Below, piece by piece: positions 49,022 to 57,498 of a DNA stretch of 64,000 bases. The notes under the pieces are model-generated. The model ran no database searches, was not told the DNA's origin, and saw only the letters and a program-made list of their open reading frames with translations. The stretch is taken from positions 62,001-126,000 of the IMG/VR virus record IMGVR_UViG_3300042319_002138; one strand, given 5' to 3'. Positions within the stretch are counted from its first letter, which is position 1. The number at the start of each line of letters is the position of its first letter. A program made the translations under genes and the position numbers.

Positions 49022-51559
49022 ATGAGTGATAACACAAGATTAGTAGGATTAAAAAAAGATAAAAACAAAGAACTGTATGAAGAATTATTTGTAACTGATT
49101 CTAAATATAGGCTCATATCTTCTTCACCTAAAGTTTTTTCTGCTATTCACCCCGAAGATTTTGGTGAAGATTTTTATATATCTGAGGATGAATTAAGTTC
49201 TTATGTTGATGGGTTTATTCAAGCGGTGACAGACAATTCCAAAAAAATTATTGAATCAATTACACAAAATACAAATAATAACTCTATTGAGGATAACATG
49301 TCAAGTGACCCAGATGTTAAACTTTCATTATATCGTTCATTTAAATCATTTTATGATAAATGGGTATCTAATTCTTATGATAGTGTAAATAAATCTTCTG
49401 GTTATTTCTTTAATAATTACGGTGAAGAAGATGATAGAATGTTATATGAACATTTTAAATTTATTAATAGAGCAAATCAAGACGTGGGTAAAAAAGCAGT
49501 TATAGACTTTTCATACCTTTCTAATTTAGCTAGTACCAAAAACGGACAAGGGCCAACACAATCACTATATGAGTCATTGACAAGTTTATTAAGTAAAAAC
49601 AATTTTGATTTTTGGCCATTACCAGCAAACATTGATTTATCAACAGTATCATTAACAAATGAACAAGTAAAAGATATTTTTAGACCATTAACATTTATAG
49701 ATAAGGTACATCCAGGACCATCATTTGTTTGTGTTCATATTGGGGGTAGTTCTAGGTCTCTAGCTGATTTAAAAGACAATAGTAATACTTGTAGTGTTAA
49801 TGGTGGTAATTTTGAATATGTTGATGACTCTTTTGATATTACAAATACAGTAGATTTACCGGTTGAATACACTAAAGAAGGTGAGGGTTTAGTTGTTTTT
49901 AAAGTTAGATATGGGCAAGAAGCACAAAATCATTTTAACTCAATAGAGTTAGACCAAACAGAATTTAAAGAAACACAAGAATCTTTACAAATAATAGATG
50001 CCTTAACAAATCCTAATAGTGGCTCAAACCCATCACAAATTGGTAAAGGTAATAACATGTATGATGTTTATTTAACAAGGGCTTATAATTGTACGGTTTC
50101 AGGTTTGGGTAATATGTCAATACAACCTTTAATGTATTTTAAATTAGAAAACGTACCAATGTTTAGAGGTACTTATCTAATTAATGCCGTTAGCCATACA
50201 ATAACAAATAATAAAATTACTACTGAATTTACTGGTATGAGACAACCCAAAGTAACCGTACCTGTTGTAACTGAAGCTTTGAGTTTAATTGATTTAGCTT
50301 TAGTTGAAGTAGTACAAACTGATACAACTACCACTAATACTAATGGTAATGGAAGTACTACTGATAGTGGTGATTATAGTGGTGGTGATATTTCAGTATT
50401 TAATAGTGTTGATACAAACGCTAAAGGTTGTGAGATTATAGGAAGACTTAAGGGTGATTTGGGTATAACTGATGCACAGGCCGCTGGTATTATTGGTAAT
50501 TTAATTGCTGAATCAGGTTTAATACCTGATAGAATACAAGATAGAAAAGGGAGAAAACCAAGGGGACTTATAACAGAATCTGGTGGATGGAATGGAACTA
50601 CATTTTCTAAAGGTGGGGAAGATGAAGAAGGTTATGGTTGGGCACAATGGACTTTCTATACATTAAAAAATGATTTTATAGAATATGCAAGTACTAAAGG
50701 TTTTGATTTAAAAACAAAACCAGCAACAGATGAAATTAATTATGGTTATTTAATATATTGGTTAACTGTATCAGAAGGTGGTAAAAAATTTGAAAAATTT
50801 AAAAGTGAAGATACAGTTTATAAAGCAGCAAAATATGTTGCTCAAAAATGGGAAAGATGTGAATTTTGTCAAACAGAGGCTGAATGGAAAAAAAGAAGTG
50901 CTTTTGCACAAAACGTGTTTGATAGTTGTGGTAAAACACCAACTGGTGGGGGTGGTACAGGAAAACCACCAGAACCAAAAAATTGTAGTAGTTCTGTTAA
51001 ATTTGGTCTTAATGGTGGTGGTACTTTAGCTAACGCTAAAAACGCTATTGTTGGTTCTTCAAGTGTTGGGACCCTTAATGGTATGAGTAAATCTAGTACT
51101 TACGGTAACTTAACTAGTAATAATATATACGTATACTATAACTGTGGTGGTAAAACACTCTCTTGGTTAAAACAACAAATTAATGGAGACGGTAATGTTT
51201 ACACAAGTGTAGAATCATTCTTCCAAGTAGGTATTGGTACTAATGACGGGTATCCAACAAAGGATAGTACCAAGAAAGATATTAAAGCATATACTGATTT
51301 GGTTAGAAAAAAATTCCCTAACGCTACATTATATATTTTACCTGGTACTCGTGGTTGGGGAAGTGTTTCTAATACTACACTTAGTCAAATGAAATCTTAT
51401 TATAAACAATATACAGATTTAGGTTGGACTTTATTGTGGCCTTTAAATAGTTCTAGTAATGAAATAGACCCTTATTTTGACACACAAACAAAAGCTCACA
51501 ACAGTAATGATGAATGGTTTAAAAAACAAATGAAAAGAATCAAAGATAATAAGAGTTAA
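49022..51559 (+). CDS. Hub C-terminal cassette 3: shared core plus phage-tail lysozyme and SGNH-like domain
   Basis: AQAAGIIGNLIAESGL…GYGWAQWT (phage tail lysozyme-like); VGSSS, GGKT, GIGTNDG and a late His (SGNH-like). Confidence 0.75.
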   Translation: MSDNTRLVGLKKDKNKELYEELFVTDSKYRLISSSPKVFSAIHPEDFGEDFYISEDELSSYVDGFIQAVTDNSKKIIESITQNTNNNSIEDNMSSDPDVKLSLYRSFKSFYDKWVSNSYDSVNKSSGYFFNNYGEEDDRMLYEHFKFINRANQDVGKKAVIDFSYLSNLASTKNGQGPTQSLYESLTSLLSKNNFDFWPLPANIDLSTVSLTNEQVKDIFRPLTFIDKVHPGPSFVCVHIGGSSRSLADLKDNSNTCSVNGGNFEYVDDSFDITNTVDLPVEYTKEGEGLVVFKVRYGQEAQNHFNSIELDQTEFKETQESLQIIDALTNPNSGSNPSQIGKGNNMYDVYLTRAYNCTVSGLGNMSIQPLMYFKLENVPMFRGTYLINAVSHTITNNKITTEFTGMRQPKVTVPVVTEALSLIDLALVEVVQTDTTTTNTNGNGSTTDSGDYSGGDISVFNSVDTNAKGCEIIGRLKGDLGITDAQAAGIIGNLIAESGLIPDRIQDRKGRKPRGLITESGGWNGTTFSKGGEDEEGYGWAQWTFYTLKNDFIEYASTKGFDLKTKPATDEINYGYLIYWLTVSEGGKKFEKFKSEDTVYKAAKYVAQKWERCEFCQTEAEWKKRSAFAQNVFDSCGKTPTGGGGTGKPPEPKNCSSSVKFGLNGGGTLANAKNAIVGSSSVGTLNGMSKSSTYGNLTSNNIYVYYNCGGKTLSWLKQQINGDGNVYTSVESFFQVGIGTNDGYPTKDSTKKDIKAYTDLVRKKFPNATLYILPGTRGWGSVSNTTLSQMKSYYKQYTDLGWTLLWPLNSSSNEIDPYFDTQTKAHNSNDEWFKKQMKRIKDNKS

Positions 51560-51599
51560 AATAGTTTATTCTTAGTTATTTTTTTGGTATAATTGTTTT

Positions 51600-52166
51600 A
51601 TGAACATCATTAAAATTACAACAGACGATATAGATTTGGTTAAACCATATATGAACGATATCATGTCTTTTGATAATGGTTTGATTGAGATAATTGTTGG
51701 TTGGGATTTAGCTAAATCTAAGGGTGCTTCTATTTTAAATCATATAATTAATGATACTACTTACTGGACTTTTTCACCTAGAGAAAAGAGAAAAATTTTT
51801 GAAGAACATTTAAAAACTTTTTTAGAAGATTCACTAGAAAATATGACTAGTAAAATCAAAATAAATAATTTAAATCCATTAGATTTTAATACGGAAAAGG
51901 ATTATTTAAATTATGTAAAAGAGAACGTTGCGGGATGTGACGGATATTTATATTCGAATAGACTTTATATTTATTGTGGTAAAACAATTCATCACATAGA
52001 TATGGGTCTTTTGTCTTTTATTTCTTGGGATTTAAAGGATAAAATTACAGAATTAATAACATTAAAAAAATACGAAGAATTACCTAAAAATTTAGGTAAA
52101 ATCGATATAAAATATATCCCGTACTTAAATGCAAAAGAAGATATTATTAGTCGCGACATTTATTAA
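51600..52166 (+). CDS. Hypothetical protein
   Basis: 188-aa ORF in operon orientation. Confidence 0.6.
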   Translation: MNIIKITTDDIDLVKPYMNDIMSFDNGLIEIIVGWDLAKSKGASILNHIINDTTYWTFSPREKRKIFEEHLKTFLEDSLENMTSKIKINNLNPLDFNTEKDYLNYVKENVAGCDGYLYSNRLYIYCGKTIHHIDMGLLSFISWDLKDKITELITLKKYEELPKNLGKIDIKYIPYLNAKEDIISRDIY

Positions 52167-52533
52167 TTCGTCATCTCTAGATAAATTCCTATATAAAATA
52201 TACAAATCCTTTGGTGTTAAAAAAAATTCAGTTTTTGTTTTTGAAACAGACACAGAAGATTTATTATTAACTTATAAAATATTTTTAGAATTCGACCAAA
52301 AAATAGACATTAGAAAAGAATTACCTAAGACAATACAAATACATAAAAAAGGTACAACATTTTTTACCATAAATGCTCTAAATAAATTAATCGAAAAAGA
52401 ATTCAACCTAAATTCCGGCAATGTAAACTATTCTGAATATAATTTAGAATGGTCAAAATACGAAAACTCTATTATTTTAATTAAAAATAATGAATTAGAT
52501 ATTTTACAACTAAAGAAGAAGATTACTGAATAA
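52129..52533 (+). CDS. Hypothetical phage protein
   Basis: 134-aa ORF; IHKKGTTFFTINALNKLIE segment. Confidence 0.6.
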   Translation: MQKKILLVATFINSSSLDKFLYKIYKSFGVKKNSVFVFETDTEDLLLTYKIFLEFDQKIDIRKELPKTIQIHKKGTTFFTINALNKLIEKEFNLNSGNVNYSEYNLEWSKYENSIILIKNNELDILQLKKKITE

Positions 52534-52559
52534 GAGCATATTTATAAGAAAAAAGGGTT

Positions 52560-52748
52560 ATGGAAGATAATAGAAAAAAAGAAAAACAACTTCAGGATAA
52601 ACTGAATAACTTCCTAAAGAATAATGATAATGATTGTGACGGTGAGGAATGTTTAATTAAAGACCCACAAGAAATAGTTCAAAGAGAACAGAAAAAAATT
52701 ATCACTAATGATGGAAGACAATTACTTAGTGAATATACAAGATATTAA
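52560..52748 (+). CDS. Small hypothetical protein
   Basis: 62 aa, late motif at 52538; CDGEEC and DGRQLLSE segments. Confidence 0.55.
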   Translation: MEDNRKKEKQLQDKLNNFLKNNDNDCDGEECLIKDPQEIVQREQKKIITNDGRQLLSEYTRY

Positions 52749-52751
52749 GAA

Positions 52752-53696
52752 ATGGCAAAAACTAAAATCAACGAAGACTTAGAAAGGTTTAAAAAACTTT
52801 TTGGTTACAACCCGTCTAAGGGTAACGAATTAAATGAAGTTAGAAGACACACATATTCTATAAATGAATATGGTGATTATGCTGATGACGATGAAGAAGG
52901 TACTGATACTGAAGAAGATGCTGGTACTGAAGAAGAAAACACTGATTTTGATTTTGGTGATGAAGGCAATCCTGAAGATACCGAAGGGACTGATGATTTT
53001 GGTACGGAAGAACCAACTGAAGAACCTGAAGAAGAAACTGATGAGTTTGGTACCGCAGATGAATTTAGTGCTGTTGATGAATTAGAAGATGAAGATTCTG
53101 ATGTTGAAGAAGTAGATGTTACAGACATCATCAAAAAATCTGACGAAGCAACAGAATTTGCTAGACAAGCTTTAACTGTTGGACAAGAGAATGGTCAGTT
53201 CTTACAATCTTTAACTGATAAACTATCTAATCTTGAGTCACAAATAATGAAGATGGACACAATAGCTTCTAAAATTTCTAAATTGGAACAAGATATTAAA
53301 ACTCCTGAAGAAAAGTTAGAACTTCGTTCATTAGATAGTTATCCATTTAATTTGAAACTTACTGACTATTGGTCAGAAAAGGCGGCACAAAATAAACATT
53401 ATGATATTTCTGGTGGTGAATCAAATGTTAATGGTAAAGAAGTTGAATATAAATTAACACCAGAAGATATTGACGATTTTGATGATGTGAATGTTAAAAA
53501 TTCTTTTGTACCTGAATCTTACAATCGAAAAAAAAGAGTTTTAAAAGAAGGTGAAGAAGAACAAAATATTGCTAAAAGTAAAATTGAATCAATTTTCAGG
53601 AATTTATCAAAAGAAGATAAAGAAGAAGTTATAAAATCACTGTCTCGTAAAGAAATTACTAGAGATGAGGTTTTGAAAAATTTTAAAAAAAAGTAA
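52752..53696 (+). CDS. Highly acidic coiled-coil protein (possible head / scaffold component)
   Basis: INEDLERFKKL leader, Asp/Glu-rich tract, heptad region, SLDSYPFN motif. Confidence 0.55.
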   Translation: MAKTKINEDLERFKKLFGYNPSKGNELNEVRRHTYSINEYGDYADDDEEGTDTEEDAGTEEENTDFDFGDEGNPEDTEGTDDFGTEEPTEEPEEETDEFGTADEFSAVDELEDEDSDVEEVDVTDIIKKSDEATEFARQALTVGQENGQFLQSLTDKLSNLESQIMKMDTIASKISKLEQDIKTPEEKLELRSLDSYPFNLKLTDYWSEKAAQNKHYDISGGESNVNGKEVEYKLTPEDIDDFDDVNVKNSFVPESYNRKKRVLKEGEEEQNIAKSKIESIFRNLSKEDKEEVIKSLSRKEITRDEVLKNFKKK

Positions 53697-53720
53697 TAAA
53701 ATAAAAAAAAGTAATAAAAT

Positions 53721-53747
53721 AAAAGAGGTTTAAAAGACCTCTTTTTT
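53721..53747 (+). terminator. Intrinsic terminator
   Basis: AAAAGAGGTT-TAAA-AGACCTCTTTTTT. Confidence 0.75.
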
Positions 53748-53820
53748 GTTTACTAATGGTAATGTTTTACCTATAATTAACACATAACATAATTTATTAA
53801 TTAACTAAAAAAAAAGTAAC

Positions 53821-54705
53821 ATGGGTGTACTAGACGCAATTGCGAAACAGTATGAAAAAAACAAAACTGGAAACAGTGGAGGGAGTACTTCATACGAACA
53901 AGACTTCAGTAAATATTTTGCTGTTAGACTTGAAGACGGACATGATAGTGGAGAGTCTACTATCAGAATTATGCCACCTAAGAATGGTGTTCATCCCGTT
54001 AATAAAGACGGTGATACTCCTTTTGATGAAGGGCATTGGCACAGTGTTAAAGTCGGTGGTAAGTGGAGAAAAATCTACTGTAGAAAACACAACGACGGAG
54101 AACAATGTCCACTTTGTGATGTTTCTGATGATTTGTTTAAATCATGGAAAGAAACTGGTAACAAAACAGACAAAGAGTTGGCAACTCAGTATTCAGCTAA
54201 AAAATTCTATTTAGCTAGAATCATTGATAGAGCTAACGAAAAAGATGGGATTAAATTTTGGAGATTCCCACACAACTACAAAGGTGAAGGTGCCTTAGAT
54301 AAAATCATCCCTCTTTTCACTAAGAAAGGTGATATTACTGACCCTAGAGAAGGTAGAGATTTAACTATTATTATCGGTAAAGATAATAAAGGTTATGCTA
54401 AGATTACTTCTATTATGTCAGAGGACCCATCAGTATTGACTGACCCCAAATCTCCAAACGCTAAAGAATGGATGGGTGATACATTGACATGGAAAGAGAT
54501 TTATAAAGCTCAACCATTGGATTATGTACAACTTATTGCAGATGGTGAAACACCTATGTGGGATAAAAATCTTGAGAAGTTTATCGCTAAAGGTGATGAC
54601 AGTGAAACTGAATCTTCTTTCAAGACACAACCATCAGCACCAGTACAAAAAGCAAAAACATCATCAGCTAAAGATGATGATTACGATGAAGAAGAACCGT
54701 TTTAA
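53821..54705 (+). CDS. Single-stranded DNA-binding protein (gp32-like)
   Basis: IRIMP, H…C…CPLC Zn ligands, DITDPREGRDL, acidic C-terminus ending EEPF. Confidence 0.8.
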   Translation: MGVLDAIAKQYEKNKTGNSGGSTSYEQDFSKYFAVRLEDGHDSGESTIRIMPPKNGVHPVNKDGDTPFDEGHWHSVKVGGKWRKIYCRKHNDGEQCPLCDVSDDLFKSWKETGNKTDKELATQYSAKKFYLARIIDRANEKDGIKFWRFPHNYKGEGALDKIIPLFTKKGDITDPREGRDLTIIIGKDNKGYAKITSIMSEDPSVLTDPKSPNAKEWMGDTLTWKEIYKAQPLDYVQLIADGETPMWDKNLEKFIAKGDDSETESSFKTQPSAPVQKAKTSSAKDDDYDEEEPF

Positions 54706-54715
54706 TTAAATTTAC

Positions 54716-55774
54716 ATGGCTAAGAAAACAATATCAAAAAAAGAGTTTTCTTTGGATTCTATTTCAGATAGATTCTCATCGAAAACCAAATATAAACCCG
54801 ATACTTTTATCGATTTAGGTAAAGTGTTCCAACAAGCGACAGGAGTTCCTGGTCCCGCTATTGGACACTTAAATGTATTCTTAGGACATTCTGATACAGG
54901 TAAGACCACGGCACTCATTAAGAGTGCCATTTGGTGTCAGAAGAACGGAATTTTACCAATCTTTATTATCACTGAAAAGAAATGGAGTTTTAAACACGCC
55001 CAATTGATGGGGTTTGATTGTACTGAGACTGCACCAGGTGATTGGGGTGGGTTCTTTATTTTTAAAGATGACTTTGAATATATCGAACAAATTACTGATT
55101 ACATGAATGAAATTCTTGAAGCTCAAGCTAAAGAGAAATGGGAAAAAGATGGTAAACCATTAGACATTTGTTTCTTTTGGGATTCAGTTGGTTCTATTCC
55201 ATGTAAGATGACTTTTGACGGTAAGGGTGGTAAGATGCATAACGCTTCAGTATTAGCTGATAAAATCGGTATGGGTCTTAATGGTAGAATTACGGGTTCT
55301 AGAAAAGAAACTAGTATGCATACTAACACTTTAGTCATTGTTAACCAGCCTTGGGTAGAGTTACCTGATTCACCAATGGGTCAACCAAGAATTAAAATGA
55401 AAGGTGGTGAAGCTATTTATCTTAACAGTACTCTAATTTTCTTGTTCGGTAGTCAAAAAAATGCTGGAACAAACAAATTGAAAGCTACTAAAAACGGTAG
55501 AAGTATTAATTACGGAACTCGTTCCAAAATTTCAATCCTTAAAAATCACGTTAATGGAATTGGGTATCAGGATGGTAAAGTAATTGTAACACCTCATGAT
55601 TTTATTGAGGATACTAAAGAGGCAGAAAAAGACTACAAAGATGAACACGCTGATTATTGGATTAGCATGTTTATTAAAAGTGGACTTGGAGAAGTTGATG
55701 AAAACGATTTGGATTTTGCTATTGAAGAATCTGAAAACGATTTTGAAAACGAAGAAATTGACGGACTTATTTAA
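54716..55774 (+). CDS. RecA/UvsX-like recombinase
   Basis: GHSDTGKT Walker A, FFWDSVG Walker B, VNQ, KGGEA. Confidence 0.85.
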   Translation: MAKKTISKKEFSLDSISDRFSSKTKYKPDTFIDLGKVFQQATGVPGPAIGHLNVFLGHSDTGKTTALIKSAIWCQKNGILPIFIITEKKWSFKHAQLMGFDCTETAPGDWGGFFIFKDDFEYIEQITDYMNEILEAQAKEKWEKDGKPLDICFFWDSVGSIPCKMTFDGKGGKMHNASVLADKIGMGLNGRITGSRKETSMHTNTLVIVNQPWVELPDSPMGQPRIKMKGGEAIYLNSTLIFLFGSQKNAGTNKLKATKNGRSINYGTRSKISILKNHVNGIGYQDGKVIVTPHDFIEDTKEAEKDYKDEHADYWISMFIKSGLGEVDENDLDFAIEESENDFENEEIDGLI

Positions 55775-55786
55775 AGAATACCAAAG

Positions 55787-56035
55787 ATGAAAATTAATTA
55801 TAATGTATTGAAAGTACTTAACGAACAAGCTTTGACATCATCAGGTGACCAAATGACTTGTTTTTGGACAATCCAAAGTGGAGTTGAAAAATTACTACAT
55901 GGGGAAACAATTACTGATATGCAAAAAAAATTATTATTTGAGGTAGGTGTTCTTGAAGAATCCGAAGATGAATTAAATAGAAGAAATATTGTAGGACCTT
56001 TTAAATTCTCGGAAGATGGGTCTACGAACTCCTAA
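55787..56035 (+). CDS. Hypothetical protein
   Basis: 82-aa ORF inside the replication operon. Confidence 0.55.
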   Translation: MKINYNVLKVLNEQALTSSGDQMTCFWTIQSGVEKLLHGETITDMQKKLLFEVGVLEESEDELNRRNIVGPFKFSEDGSTNS

Positions 56036-57044
56036 GAGTAAACCTAAAAAAACAAAAACACTAATTGTCGATGGTAACGTTCTTATGAAACGTTCTTATA
56101 ACGGAGCTAAGAACGTTTACCATAAAGACAAACACATTGGTGGTATATCTGCTTTTTATAGTACTTTACGAAAATTAATCTCTGAACATAAGATTGATAA
56201 AGCTGTAATCACTTGGGACGGTGAAAGAGGTGGTACTTTGCGTTTAGATTATTATCCTGAATACAAAGAAAACAGACCTAGATTTTTTGACCAAGATTAC
56301 GAAATCCAAAAACTCAGAGTTAAACAATACGCTGAGGACCTTTTCATTAGACAATATGAACATCCCGATGTTGAATCAGATGATTTAATAGCTTTCTATT
56401 GCCAAAACAGAAAGAAGATGGAGGAGGTTATGATTTACACTAATGATAGAGACCTTTGCCAATTGATTAATGAAAACGTTACAATATTCTTAGCAGATAA
56501 AAGAATGGAGGTTGGTATAGGTAATTACCAATGGTTCTTTGAACACCATTATTCAAATGCTGGGTTAATAAAGATGATTGAGGGATGTAAAAGTGATAAC
56601 GTTAAGGGTATTGATGGTGTAACTGAAAATACACTCTTAACACACTTCCCACAACTAAAAGAACGTAACGTAACATTAGAAGAAATATTCGAATCAAGTA
56701 AACTTATACAAGAAGAAAGAACGACACCACTAAAAGCATTAGATAACATCTTAAACGGTGTATCTAGAGGAGTCCATAAAGGACCATTCTATGAAATAAA
56801 TAAAAAAATAATTGATTTAAATAACCCTTTATTACCTGAAGAGGCTAGAGAATCAATTAGAAATTTAGTAGAATTACCATTAGACCCCGAAGGTAGAGAT
56901 TACAAAAACGTTTTAAAAATGATGATAGAAGACGGAGTAATGTATGTAATACCTGGAGGTGAAAACGGTTACCTAAATTTCATGGAACCATTTATTAATT
57001 TATTAAAAAAAGAAAAGTTAAACTTTAAAAACCAAAAAAAATGA
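56016..57044 (+). CDS. 5'-3' exonuclease / T4 RNase H-like flap nuclease
   Basis: IVDGN, WDG, YKENR, ESDDLIA, DRDLCQL, SDNVKGIDGV. Confidence 0.9.
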   Translation: MGLRTPKSKPKKTKTLIVDGNVLMKRSYNGAKNVYHKDKHIGGISAFYSTLRKLISEHKIDKAVITWDGERGGTLRLDYYPEYKENRPRFFDQDYEIQKLRVKQYAEDLFIRQYEHPDVESDDLIAFYCQNRKKMEEVMIYTNDRDLCQLINENVTIFLADKRMEVGIGNYQWFFEHHYSNAGLIKMIEGCKSDNVKGIDGVTENTLLTHFPQLKERNVTLEEIFESSKLIQEERTTPLKALDNILNGVSRGVHKGPFYEINKKIIDLNNPLLPEEARESIRNLVELPLDPEGRDYKNVLKMMIEDGVMYVIPGGENGYLNFMEPFINLLKKEKLNFKNQKK

Positions 57045-57478
57045 AAAAATTTGAATTTGTATTGTACATTAATGGGAACATTATCTGTCAAAGATTTTTC
57101 GCAATCAAAAATTTTAATAACAAAATTTTAAATTCTTTAGAATTAACTGATTGTGTAAATGATTGTGTAAAACTTATTGAGGACGACCTCAAAGAAAAAA
57201 CCTATGAATACTTGTACAAAAATTACAACCCTTACAAAGAACAAACCAAAGAAGAAATCCTAGTTGAAAACATTTATGATAATGAAGACATTTTTGATTT
57301 TGAAATTAAGATTGATGAGAAATGTGTGGTTAAAAAGAGGTTCTCTGGTAACGTTTATCCACAACGTGTAAGATACTCTGTGGATGTTCGTAAAATTATT
57401 CCTGCCTTAATCAAAGAAATACAAGAAGTATTTTCTTTAGAAAATTTTAGTGTGGAATATAGTGGAATTGCACTGTAA
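57041..57478 (+). CDS. Hypothetical phage protein
   Basis: 145-aa ORF overlapping the upstream stop; NIICQRFF and YPQRVRYSVD segments. Confidence 0.6.
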   Translation: MKKFEFVLYINGNIICQRFFAIKNFNNKILNSLELTDCVNDCVKLIEDDLKEKTYEYLYKNYNPYKEQTKEEILVENIYDNEDIFDFEIKIDEKCVVKKRFSGNVYPQRVRYSVDVRKIIPALIKEIQEVFSLENFSVEYSGIAL

Positions 57479-57498
57479 ATATATACTTATTATTATAA

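Larger units (their letters stand above)
45014..49107 (+). repeat. Near-identical 5' ends of three paralogous cassettes (45014, 46997, 49022)
   Basis: 45014-45099 is identical to 49022-49107 (86 nt); the first 44 nt are identical in all three. Confidence 0.9.

Noticed and set aside
45014-51559. Diversity-generating retroelement or invertase shufflon
   Set aside because: No reverse transcriptase or site-specific recombinase in the window, repeats are direct rather than inverted, and differences are not adenine-specific.
53685-53722. Tandem duplication of about 18 nt (AAAAAAAGTAATAAAATA) at a gene end
   Set aside because: Only two low-complexity copies, likely slippage; not a CRISPR array or iteron set.
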